From the NCBI RefSeq assembly GCF_036365525.1, contig NC_090373.1, positions 172,544,080-172,608,079 on the forward strand: a DNA stretch of 64,000 nt, read 5' to 3'. The stretch comes from Heterodontus francisci. Taxonomy: Eukaryota. Positions within the stretch are counted from its first letter, which is position 1. Each line of letters begins with the position of its first letter. The notes under the pieces are model-generated. The model did not search any database, had not been told where the DNA came from, and saw nothing but the letters and a program-made list of their open reading frames with translations. The translations under genes were made by a program, and so were the position numbers. This document shows positions 37,035-48,977 of the stretch, piece by piece.

Positions 37035-37692
37035 GAAAGCAGAAAGTGCCGGAAATACTCAGCAGGTCTGGCAGCATCTGTGTAGAGAGAAGTAGAGTTA
37101 ACGTTTCAGGTCTGTGACCCTTCATCAGAACTGGCAAAAGTTAGAAATGTAAGTCTTTGAGCAAGTGAAAGGAGGGAGGGGGGAAGAAGAACAAGAAGGA
37201 AGTACTGTGATAGGATTGGGGGGGTGGGGGTGAGAGATTAAATGACAGAGATGTCATAGAACAGAATGCAAATGGAGTGCCAAGTAATTGTAGTTGAAGA
37301 CAAAGCACGAGTCCAGAGCGAGAACTAATGTAGAATATTGAACAACTCTGTACGAAAGCCAAAACATGAAAAATAAGTTTAAGACTGGAACATGGTCAAA
37401 AAATAAATAATTAAAAAAAAGAAGAAACTATATATATAAAAATTTAAAAAAAAATAATGCGGCTCCTGGTTTGAAATTATTGAACTCAATATTGAGTCCA
37501 GAAGGCTGTAGAGTTCCTAATCGGCAGATGTGGTGCTGCTCCTCAAGCTTGCTTTGATGTTCACTGGAACACTGTAGCAGGCCGAGGACAGAAATGTGGG
37601 CGAGAACAAGATGGTGAATTAAAACGGCAAGCAACTGGGAGCTCGGGATCATGCTTGCGGACCGAGCAGAGGTGTTCTGCAAAGCGATCAAC
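37035..37692 (-). mobile_element. Penelope-like element 3' part (GIY-YIG C-terminus + 3' terminus)
   Basis: Minus: FAEHL.SVRKHDPELPVA...ISVLGLLQCSSEHQSKLEEQH.I.RLGTLQPSGLNIEFNNF. Confidence 0.88.
37096..37132 (-). ncRNA. Minimal hammerhead ribozyme motif (type I, Penelope-associated)
   Basis: Minus reads AGUU-CUGAUGA-A-GGGUC-ACA-GACCU-GAAA-C-GU-U-AACU: conserved core, 5-bp stem II, AGUU/AACU stem I, palindromic ACGU stem III; activity untested. Confidence 0.7.
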
Positions 37693-39695
37693 CACTTTTT
37701 CTCTTCCTTTCAGGTGTTAAGGATCACAAGCTCCAGTAACCCATGGGCACCAACACCCCTCCAGATCTTTCTTTCCTTTCCCTTCCCTCTGACCCCATCC
37801 CTTTTTCTAATGTTACCCCTTACCGTGTAATCACTATACCCTCTGACCTTCCCTCTCTGGCGCTGAATGATCTGTACTTAGCAAAGGATTCAGTTTTATA
37901 CCCTTACGCCCCCCACCTCAATGAATTTCACACTGACATGATGTTGAGCTTTTCTTCCATCACCTTCGCCTTTGGGATCACTGCTTTGCCCAGGAGTCTT
38001 CCCCCACCTGAGCAGCGGACTCATTCACCTACCTCCAGCATTCTCCCTCCACCTGGACCCCTCCCTCTAGTCTCTTAGCCGCTCTTGATCTTTTCATTGA
38101 AATCTGTCAGCGTGACATCCTCCATCTTCATTTCTCTGCCGCCCCCCCCCACCCCCCCACCACCACTCACATTAACCTCTCTCCCTCTGAACTTACTGCA
38201 CTCCGTTCTCTCAGGTCTAACCCTGACATTGTAATCAAACCCACTGACGAGGGTGGTGGTGTTGTTGTCTGGCGTACCGACCTCTACCTTGCAGAGGCTG
38301 AGTGCTAACTCTCAGACACTTCTTCCTACCACCCCCGGACCATGACCCCACCACCGAATCTTCTTCCCAGAAACCACAAACAGGACTGTCCCGGTAGACC
38401 CATTGTTTCAGCCTGATCCTACCCCACTGAACTTATCTTGACTCTACTTTTTCTCCTCTTGTCCAGTCTTTTCCCACCTACATCCGTGACTCTTCTGACA
38501 CCCTACGTCATTTTGACAATTTCCAGTTTCCGGGCCCTAACGCTTCCTCTTTACTATGGATGTCCCATCTCTCTACACCTCCACCAAGCTGGTCTGAGGG
38601 CGCTCTGCTCCTTTCTTGAGCAGAGGCCCAACCAGTCCCCCTCCACCACCACCCTCCTCCGCCTGGCTGAACTTGTTCTCACATTGAACAACTTCTCCTT
38701 CAACTCCACTCACTTCCTTCAAGTGAAAGGTGTTGCTATGGGTACCCGCAGAGGTCCTAGTTATGCCTGGCTTTTTGTGGGGTATGTCAAACATTCTTTG
38801 TTCCAGTCCTACTCAGGCTACCTCCCCCAACTCTTTTTCCAGTACATTGATGACTGCAATGGTGTCACTTCCTGCTCTCACCCCAAACTAGAAAACTTTA
38901 TCAACTTTACTTCTAATTTCCACCTTCACATGGTCTATCTCCGACACTTCCCCTCCCTTCCTCAACTTCTCTGTCTCCATCTCTGGGGATAGGCTGCCAC
39001 TACTATTTACTATAACCCCACCGACTCCCACGGTTACCTTGACTACACTTCCTCACATCCTGCCTCCTGTAAGGATTCCATTCCATTCTCCCAGTTTCTC
39101 CATCTCTGCGCATCTGTTCTGACGATGCAACCTTCCACAACACGCTTCTGATATGTCTTCCTTTTTCCTCAACAAAGGATTTCCCCCCCACTGTGGTTGA
39201 CAGGACCCTCGACCGTGTCTGACCCATTTCCCACACTTCTGCCTTCACCCCTTCTCCTCCCTCCCAGAACTGCAACAGGGCTCCCCTTGTCCTCACTTTC
39301 CACCCCACCAGCCTCCACGTCCAAAGGATCATCCTCTGCCATTTCCACCACCTCCAGCCTGATGCCACCACCAAACACATCTTCCCTTCCCCTCCCCTGT
39401 CAGCATTCCAAAGGGACCATTCCCTCCGTGACACCCTGATCCACTCCTCCATCACCCCCGACACCTCATCACCTTGCCCCGGCATCTTCCCATTCAATCG
39501 CAGGAGCTGTAATACCTGCCCTTTTACCCCCTCTCTCCTCACTATCCAAGGCTCCAAGCACTCCTTCCAGGCGAAGCAGCGATTTACTTGCACTTCTTTC
39601 AATTTAGTATACTGTATTCGCTGCTCACAATGTGGTCTCCTCTACACTGGGGAGACCAAACGCAGATTGGGTGACTGCTTTGCAGAACACCTCTG
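37693..39695 (+). mobile_element. Penelope-like (Neptune-type) RT and GIY-YIG N-terminal part, inverted relative to its 3' end
   Basis: LVLTLNNFSFN..HFLQVKGVAMGT..GPSYA.LF, QYIDD; Cys-containing linker (CNTC) at about 39508; VYCIRCSQCGLLYTGETKRRLGDCFAEHL at about 39607-39693. Confidence 0.9.
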
Positions 39696-41059
39696 GCAGC
39701 ATGGTAATAAGGCCTGGCCCTCAAAATGGTCCCAGTTTCCTGCCAGTAAGCACAGACAAACATCCTGCATGCTCCTTCTCCATCCCATGCTCAGAGTTAC
39801 AATCTCCCAACACTGAGGCTGCTTCTACCCCACCCCAACATGTGTCGGGACCTTCAGGAATGGAGGCCAAAAATGTAAGGAAAATACTATTTTATTCCAT
39901 TATATGACAAGGAAGAGGTTTCATTGAAGAGTATGATGTTTTTTCTCCAGAATATAACATGTTAATACTGTATTGCATTACACACATGGATTCATTGAAT
40001 TTTACAGCATAGAAGCCATCATATCTGTGCCAGTTCTATCCACTTATTTGCATTCAACTTCCCTTTAATCCTTTTTCAAAGATTTATTCACTCCCCTTTC
40101 AAAAGTTATTATGGATTCAGCTTCCACCTTTGTCTTTACTGGGGCATTTCATGTCCTAACAACCCTCTGGAAAACAATCTACCTTTGTTGATGATCTTAA
40201 ATATACGTCCCCACTAATACCGCCCCCCCCCCCCAATTATTGACGCATATGTAACTGTAGGAGTTTATACATCATCCAATTATGGGAGTCAAAAATGAGC
40301 ATGTTGAAGGCAGTGTTTTTTTTGTCTTCTAATAGTTTCTACAATATGCCTAGGAAATTGACCATGCAAGGCCTGACCTCTGCATTAAATCCAACACTTT
40401 CCAAAATGCAAAAACATGATAAACCTTGAATGGATCAGGTGACTGACTGGGTCTAAAAATTAGCACAGATTGAATCTGAGACAGTTGACACCATTTGGAG
40501 GGAGCTGGGCAACACCAAGATGGCAGTGATCAAAGCACGGTTACATTTCGCACTCTAAAAATGCCGAAAAATAATTTAAATATCCAAAAAGCAAAATCTT
40601 ACCATCATGCACCAAGAACAAGGGCCAATTTATTGTCAAACAGGCTCAATTGGAAAGAATTCTGCATAAAATCAAGGGAAAACTGGAAGCAAAACAAATA
40701 AAGTATTGAAGTGACAGGTGGTTGTTATTGATTTAAGCCAAAGTGTCAGAGAGAGAATTACAATTAAAGTATAACTCACTGACGCTGGGTTAAGTGGGCA
40801 AATAATCAGCCAGGTTTCCTGCTCCTGAATATTAGCCAGGTCTTTTAAATGAAAGGTGTATAAATATGGATGTCAGGTAAACATAGACTCAGACTCTATT
40901 TGACGCCCTCCGTTGTCACATAGTACACTGCAGTCTTTGTCCAGATTAATATATGAAGAATGGCCACTTTGACTAGGTAATGGAAGTTTGCCAGACCTGT
41001 ACTCTTGGTAATGTTTCTGGGAAATACAAAATGATTAAGGGCATGACTATATTTTTTTC

Positions 41060-41780
41060 CAACTTGGTCTTGGAATATGAGTAATGCTGGCATGGCTGCA
41101 TTCATAGCCATGGCTGCCATGAAAAGATGGTGGTGGACCTTCTCCTTGTGCAGATGGTGATCCTATTATGTTGATCCCACTATTAGATGCATTCCACTGT
41201 TATATAGGGAATTCCAGGATATTGACCCAGTAATGATGAAGGTACTCATAAAAAGTGGCAGCCAATTGGTCCACAGCAAGCTCCTACAAACAACAATGAC
41301 CAGATGACCTGTTTTCATCATCTTGGTTGAGGGATATATATTGGCTTGTATGGAGCATAACACTGGAATAAGCCAGTAAATGACCTGTATCAGCACTGTA
41401 CATTCTATGCAATTCTATGTATGGTGATAAATGCCCAAGTCAGGATGGTGCGTGGCTTGGAGGGGAAATTGGAGGTGATGGTATTCCCAAGGTATTGCTG
41501 CTGTTGTCCATTTTGGTGTTAGAGGTTGCAAGGCAGGGAGATGCTGTCAAAATAAACTTGATGAGCTGTTACAGTGCATTCCATAGATTGTACATACTGC
41601 AGAGAGCAGTGGTATAGGGTGTGGGTATTGAGCACACTGTTAAAATACCAATCAAGCAAACTCTTCTGTCCTGGGTTGTGCTAAGCTTCTTCAATGTTGT
41701 TGGTGCGCTCAATTGGGCAATCGTAACTTGAGCCTTGTCAGTGATGGAGAGACTTTGCAGGGTCAAGAGGTGAGCCACCT
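41060..41780 (-). mobile_element. Degraded Zenon-like LINE 3' part with an embedded Deu-SINE piece (about 41245-41350)
   Basis: ORF 41569-41778 LSITDKAQV...APTTLKKLSTTQD resembles the 19465-19878 region. Confidence 0.6.
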
Positions 41781-41879
41781 TGAATTAAAGAGAGTTAAGA
41801 CAAAATGCTTAGAGTTGTTACTTGCTGCAATGGCTTTAAACAACTAATCTGTTGAATAATTCAAGAGGAAACTGGAGTT

Positions 41880-42400
41880 AAAAGAAAGCACCTTTCACGA
41901 CCTCAGGATGTCCCAAAATACTTTACAGCCAATGAACATAAGAACATAAGAAATAGGAGCGGGAGTAGGCCACTTGGCCCCTTGAGCCTGCTCTGCCATT
42001 CAATAAGATCATGGTTGATCTGATTGTGGCCTTAACTCCACTTTCCTGCAATGAAGTTCTTTTGAAGTGTAATCACAGTTGTAATGTAGGAAACACAGCA
42101 GTTAATTTGCACACAGCAAGCTTCCACAAACCAGATGATCTCATTTTCATAATGTTGGTTGAGGGACATATATTGGCCAGGATGCTGGGAGAACTCTGCC
42201 ATGGGAGATTGTATGAGAGGGTAGACAGGGCCTCAGGTTAAAATCTCATCTGAAAATCGTCAACCTCCAACAGTGCAGCACTCCCACTACTGCACAGGAG
42301 TGTTAGCCCAGATTTTCTGCTCAGGTCTCTAGACTGGAACTTGAACCCACAACCTTCCGATGTGAAGGCATGAATGCTACCAACTGATCAAAGGCTGGCA
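41880..42400 (-). mobile_element. Deu-SINE with a CR1 3' terminus inserted at about 41933-42047
   Basis: 'cctttcacgacctcaggatgtcccaaaatactttacagccaatgaa|cataagaacataagaaataggagc...|caatgaagttcttttgaagtg'; CAATGAA repeated at both ends of the insert. Confidence 0.8.
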
Positions 42401-42579
42401 CCTTGAAGGAGTAGTCACTCCTTCCAGACAGAGTTCAAACTTGGATTGGTGTAGAGATGGTGATACAAATATCTGTTTAAAGCACAAAGCAGGAGCACAG
42501 ATTTATATTCACAACCAGTAGAAACGTTTTACACAGAGTTTTCCTTCTCTTGTGTTACTTTACTAGTGGGATGATTAAT

Positions 42580-43321
42580 GGCCTGGATTTTGAGGTCAGT
42601 AACAAAGTGACGGTGTCCGCCACTGACCTTGAAGAATGGTCCCCACAAGATCGGGCTATCTCTGTGGTGTGGCTTTCACTTTGCCCGATGTTACTTTCAT
42701 TCTGGCATCAGCTCAAGGGGATTTCTGGTGTCCAGCAACAGTGATGCCATCAAGCCATCAAGCAGACTAAGTAGCCAATCACATGAAAGAATTCTTACAG
42801 ACAGCAAACCAGGAAGTAAAAAGCACTGATTATCCTTCACTTTTTAAACACTTTATGGACAGTGAAATAAAGATTAGGATATACACAGGAGATTAAGATA
42901 GAAGCGGAAATATAATAATTTTTAAAAATAACCTTTATTATTTTAAAAATCTATGGAATTTTTTATGATAATTGAGAAATTTGACAGTTTTTCAGGGCCA
43001 GGGAGATTGTTCAGTAGTAATTGTGAACTTAGTACTCATGAAAAATCCAGTTACATCTCATTCAACGAGGCATAGCTTTTTCAAAGGTTTTTACAATGAC
43101 AATAATAGTGTAAAAGTGAAAGTTCACAGCAATTCAAGTGATTTCAGAAGATTTCCACCTGTGGGAACTTCAACAGTTCACTCTGCGGAGGAGAAGGGAC
43201 TTACAGACAGCAGCTTCTGAATTTCCACATTTAACTGTGCGTGTGCAGATACCAGAAGTTGCTGTCAGTTTCACAGTTGTAATGATGGCAAACACTGACA
43301 ATTTCAAGTGTATTATAGGCC
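42580..43321. mobile_element. Possible non-autonomous Harbinger-type element
   Basis: Starts GGCCTGGATTTT like the TIRs at 54242 and 61157; right end only weakly matching (AGGCC); no clean TSD. Confidence 0.35.
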
Positions 43322-44059
43322 ATTATGTCTACTTTACAACATTACTATCCAAGGTCCAAAGGCTTGGGTGTTAACTGTTCAAAGTTTGTAGTAGAACTAC
43401 ATCATTAAGATGGGCATGTTCTGAATACAATAACAAGCATTGTTCAAATGAGATAGGTCTTAACTATGCAGACCATTTGTGCATGCTTATCTTAACAACT
43501 CCCATGAAGTTTGCACAGCACAATATATAATTTCAGCCACTAGAAGAAATGCGTTAGTGAATAAAACACATTTTGGTCAAAGGAAGAGATTAAACAAACA
43601 ATGAAATAGGTTACACATTATAGTAAGGTGAGCCAAGATAATTGTAACTAGAAGCAGTTCAGTTGTGCCAATCGGACAATGAAAGGTTTGGTTTTGGTGT
43701 GAGTTAGGCATCACATTAGTCACAGGAGGTTGCTCACTGCTGAAGTTAATACATCAGGTACAATTTTCAAGAATCAAATGAAAGTATGATTAAAAAGAAA
43801 ATGATGCTGAAAAGCATTTCCTAAAACAGCCCAACTTCCTATCCTTGAGGCAATCAATGCCCAAGACAAGACCTTTGGGTAACTCATAGGGTCCAGAGAT
43901 TGCTGCATCTGTAGCCTCCATGTATGCATTTATTTTCATTTCTATATTTATTTATTCCCTCCAAATCCAAGTTAAACCTTTAAAGTGAGTTCCATGGGGA
44001 GATAGGTTTGCCTTCCAGCCATGTACCATCTGTTTGGTTGCAGACTAGGCTCACAGTCC

Positions 44060-44525
44060 CCCAGTGTGATGCTACAGGCACTGCCTGGGAACCAGGGCAC
44101 AATCCTCGCGAATAATCCCTGGGCACAACCCCATGGTATAATTCCAGGCACAGAGCCTGGGAACAGTCCCAGAGCCCGGTTCCCTGGCACAACCATGGGC
44201 ACATGGCATAATTCCCAAAGCTCAGCACCCCCTGCTCCTGGCACAGCTCCCAGACAGTTCCATGGCACAACCCCGAGGCACAGTTCCCAGGCACAATACA
44301 ATAGTATAATCCCCAGACACAGTCCTGGGCACAACCCCTAGGCACAGTTCCCAGACACAACCCCTGGGCCAGTTCCTGGCCACAGTGCCCGGAAACAGTT
44401 TTCTTGGGCATAGCTATAGGCACAGAACCTCAGGCACAGGCCTGGGCACAGCTCCCTGGCACAGCCCCCATGCACAGTCCCTGGGCAGAATCCCAAAGTA
44501 TAATCCCTGGGCACAATTCCTTGGA
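44060..44525. repeat. Degenerate minisatellite, about 11-12 bp unit (consensus GGCACAGTCCCT/G)
   Basis: Dozens of GGCACA-initiated units; source of the Cys/Gly/Pro-rich spurious ORFs 43972-44538. Confidence 0.85.
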
Positions 44526-45489
44526 TAGTCTGATGCATATCGCCTAGCCTTAATTATTCGCAATGGTTTAGGGATAACAACTCGCATTTATATAATGGCT
44601 TTAATGTGGAAAAAAACGACAGAAGACACTTTAAGTCGCACAACTCATTTTGATCTATTGCCCCCAAGGTATCCCTCAGATTAATTCTAAAAAGTTGCGC
44701 TTTGGTTGTAGACGCGGTGTTGGTCTTGGTGTGAGTCTGAGTGTGTGGGTGACTGTGTGTGTAAGTGAAACGTGTGAGAAGCTCTGTGCTGTTTTAAAGC
44801 AATGGAGACTAACTGGACGAAGTGAGAGTCACTCAGATCTGCCGCCTCCTTGCATTAAATAAGATTTATCTAAAATCACAACGCCTGTGATTTTTGTCTT
44901 GGTTATGTTTTGCTAAATGGACGATCCAGAAAGCCCCACAGCTACTCCCTTACAATCTTGCACTGGGTTTGTTCCGGAGCCAATATAAAAATTAATCGCG
45001 TGCAAGTGTTCCTCCTCCTGATCCTCCAATTTACAGAAACTGGGAGGTTCCAGTGGGTGAGAATTAACATGGAGATCTGGCTTTCTTCCGGTGGAGGAGT
45101 TCCAATGCAAAGCTAGCAATTAACAGCTCGCCAGAGCAAACCAGAATTTCTTCCTCGAAAGAATGTCACCGGATCCAAGAATTGCGATGTTCCCATGACG
45201 CAAGGCTTGGCATTTACACCTAAAGCTGAAAAAAAGGTTTATTTTAGGAAATCATCCTTTAGCCAATCGAAATTCACTGTCTTCGCACGAATACTGAATG
45301 AGATGACTGGAGGTAATAATAATTTCCGGTTGCAATGTCTAGCATTTTTAATAACCTAATTTTTTTTGAACTTTTTCTACCATGTGCATACAAAGGCCTT
45401 AGTTCCTAAAATCCAATGAATTCTCTCTGCTCTTCAGTCCGGCTGCATCCCGCAATGAATGGTGGCGGAAAATGTATCAACTAATGGGA

Positions 45490-47228
45490 GGCGAATGCTC
45501 CATGAACATTCGCATCCTCAATGCTGGTGGAGTCCAGCTTGTTAGTGCTAAAGTCAAGACCGAAATGTCTGCGGTCATCTTTCACCAGAAGTGCTGGGTG
45601 GATGGTCCATCCTGACCTCCTCCTGACCTCCCCACCAGCACAGATGCCAGACTGCAACCAATTCGACTCACTCCACGTGATATCAAGAACTGGCTGAACA
45701 CACTGGACACAGCAAGGACAATGGGGCCTGATAATATACTGGCTGTAGTACTAAAGACTTGTGCTCCAGAACTGGCTGTGCATCTAGCCGAGCTGTTGCA
45801 GTACAGCTGCAACATTGGTAATCCACCCAACAATGTGAAAAATTGCAGAAGTATGTTCTCTTCATAAAAAGCAGAACAAATCTAATACAGCCAATTCCCA
45901 CCCCATCTGTCCACTCTCAATTATCAGCAAAGTGATGGAAGGTGTCATCGACAGTGCTATCAAGCAACAATTGCACAGCAATAACCTGTTCACCGATGCT
46001 CAGTTTGGGTTCCATCAGGACCGCTCAGCTCCTGACCTCATTACAGCCTTGGTCCAAACATGCACAAAACATCCTAATTCCGGAGGTGAGGCAAGAGTGA
46101 CTGATCTTGATCTCAAGGAAGCATTTGACAGAGTGCAGGATAACGGAAAATTGAAGGGGAAACTGGTTGGAGTGATATGTAGTACAAAGGAAGATGGTTT
46201 TGGTTGTTGGAGGCCAATCTAGGTCCCAGGACATCACTGCAGGAGTCCCTCAGGGTAATGTCCGAGGCGCAACCATCTTCAACCGCTTCATCAGTGACCT
46301 TCCCGCCAACATAAGGTCAGAAGTGGAGATGTTCATTGATTATTGAACAGAGTTCAGTCCCATTCATAACTCCTCAAATAATGAAGCAGTTGGTGCCCAT
46401 GTGCAACAAGACCTGGACAACATTCAGGCTTGGGCTGATAAGTGCAAGTAATATTCGTGTCACACCTGTGCCAGGCAATGACCATCTCTAACAAGAGAGA
46501 ATCTAACCACCTCCCCTTGACTTTCAACAACATTATCATTGCTGCATCCCGCACCATTATCATCCTGGGTGGTAGGGTTACCATTGACCAGAAACTGATC
46601 TGGACCAGCTACATAAACACTGTGACTACAACAGCAGGTCAGAGGCTGGGAATTCTGTAGTGGGTAACTCACCTCCTGTCTCCCCAAAGCCTGTCCACTA
46701 TCTACAAAGCACAAGTCAGGAGTGTGATGGAATACTCCCCACTTGCCTGGATGAGTGCAGCTCCAGCATCACTCAAGAAACTCACCTCCATAAAGCAACC
46801 CACTTTATTGGCAACCTACCCACCACCTTCAACATGCATTCCCTCCACCACCAATGCACAGTGCAGCAGTGTGTACCATCTACAAGATGCACTGCAGCAA
46901 CTTGCCAAGGCTTCTTCGACAGCACCTTCCAAACCCGTGCCCTCTACACCAGAAGGATAAGGACAGCAGACACAGGGGAACACCACCACATGCAAGTTGC
47001 CCTCCAAGACACCATCCTGATTTGGAACTATATTGCTGTCCCTTCACTGTTGCTAGATCAAAATCCTGGAACACGCTCCCTAGCAGCACTGTGGGTGTAC
47101 CAATACCAGATGGACTGCAGCGGTTCAAGAAGGTGGCTCACCACCACCTTCTCAAAGGGAATTTAGGGATGGACACTAAATGCTGAGTTGGTCAGTGACA
47201 CTTTCATCCCATGAATGAATATAAAAAA
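45490..47228 (+). mobile_element. CR1-Zenon-like LINE, RT to 3' end
   Basis: MEGVIDSAIKQQL..NNLFTDAQFGF, MEYSPLAWMSAA; 3' end 'catcccatgaatgaatataaaaaa'. Confidence 0.88.
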
Positions 47229-48419
47229 ACTAAGCAAACTCGAATAGACTGAAGCTAAATCATGACTGCGTTTGTAAAAGGAAAACAAACCATGTGGTCA
47301 GCAGCTGGAGTCAAGTTCCAGATCTAAATAATGATAAATAGTTATAAGAACTGCATCTAAGTCACAGTGCTAGATTAAATAGACGACCAGAGGTATACCT
47401 GGAAGTATTTGCGAGGGGGCCAGTTCAGATCTCACCACAAACCAAGTCAGTGGAATGTTATTTGGCATCTGAAACCAGAAATTAAACTGCAGCAGTGATT
47501 TTACAATGGTCAAGTCATTTTTATGAGAACATCATAACACATCAAAAACACCAAGTGCCCGAGCAATTGCCCCATCACAAAAACTGACCGTAAAACACCT
47601 ACATAAAGTCAAACAGTAAATAGATTTTAGATAGTATCTATCTTCAGCTCACATTAAAACCAGCCATCGCCAACTATGCAGCACTGTCTCAGAACTACTG
47701 AAATGTTAGCTTAGGTAATGTGTTGATTTTGGAGCTTCCATTCAGAAGTAGCACATAAAGAATGACCAGCACTGGGAAATACAGTCAAGACTGGCATCAA
47801 ATTTTCAACTTTGATAGACTGGCCAAACCTGGGGACTGAGTAATGGAGTAAGTTAGCACACGGGTCTTTGAACCCTGTGATTGGGCTGTGCATTCTGTCC
47901 AGAGTGATGTAATGAAAAGTTTTTTGCTGTCGGCTGTACAGGTCATACAGTAAATAAACTTGGGGGGGATGGAGAGGGGGGTGCGGGGGTGCGGTGGGGG
48001 GGGGAATTGTTGGGGGGGGTCTCAACATAGGTCTTAGTTGGTGTGGGACTGCAATACAAAACTTTGCTGAGGAGAGATTATAAGGATATGTGAAGTAGGA
48101 ACATTGGGTACTTTTCAGAGGATGGAAAGGGAACCAAATATACTTTGTCCCCAACAATCATTATGGTACATTTAATGAAAGTTATATAAATTCTATCTTA
48201 TGTCAGAACAATGCCCAACAATCTGAAGTTGTAATATAAAAATGCAATACTTGTGTAATGGTTTTCATACATATAGTGATTTCGAATAAATTTATAGTAC
48301 TGGCCACAGATTTTTGTGGACTTAAAGCATTCCATGTCCAAAACTCCGGAATATCTTCTTCCACCAAACCCACATCCATACCTTTCATCACTTTAGGGTT
48401 TGTTTTTTCAATTGCTCTC

Positions 48420-48840
48420 AACAACTTGTATTTATATAGTGCCTTTAACGTAGTAAAATGTTCCCAGGCACTTCACAGGAGCATTATCAAACAAAATTTG
48501 ACACCGAGTCATATAAGGAGATAATAGGGCAGATGACCAAAGAGGTAATTTTTAAGGAGTATAAAGAGGTAGAGATTTGGGGAGGAAATTCCAAACCTTA
48601 AAGCCTTTGGCAGCTGATAGTGGAGTGATTAAAATCGGGAGTGCTCAGGAGCCAGAACTGGAGGAATGCAGAGATTCTGGGGGATTGTGGGACTGAACGG
48701 ATTTGAAAACAAGGATGTGACTTTTAAACTTGAGGCATTGCTGGGTTAGGAGCCAGTTTAAGTCAGTGGGAAAAGCAGTGATGGATGAACGGGACTTGGT
48801 GCGAGTTAGGATATGGACAGCAGAGTTTTCGATGAGCCAC
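48420..48840 (-). mobile_element. L2 LINE 3' end
   Basis: ORF 48645-48866 ENSAVHILTRTKSRSSIT....DLNWL...FK..ILVFKS; tail 'acaacttgtatttatatagtgcctttaacgtagtaaaa'. Confidence 0.8.
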
Positions 48841-48977
48841 TTTCTTCCATCCCTCACAAACTTCAACTACTCCTGAAATCTCCTGCACAAGTTTACATAC
48901 ACTCCTCACCTCTGGCCTAATGCACATCCTTTGGCTCCCTGTGTCCCAGAAAATCAACTCCAAGATCCAGGTACTAA

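Noticed and set aside
39003-39602. 199-aa minus-strand ORF
   Set aside because: Antisense shadow of the C-rich Penelope ORF; many other listed ORFs are similar shadows of CR1, RTE or Zenon-like elements
43972-44538. Cys/Gly-rich ORFs resembling keratin-associated or metallothionein-like proteins; CRISPR-like periodicity
   Set aside because: Products of a short-unit minisatellite open in several frames; no constant repeat with unique spacers, and the DNA is vertebrate
44913-45119. 68-aa ORF preceded by an acceptor-like site near 45220 on minus
   Set aside because: No recognisable domain, and the frames checked from the acceptor hit stops; treated as non-coding
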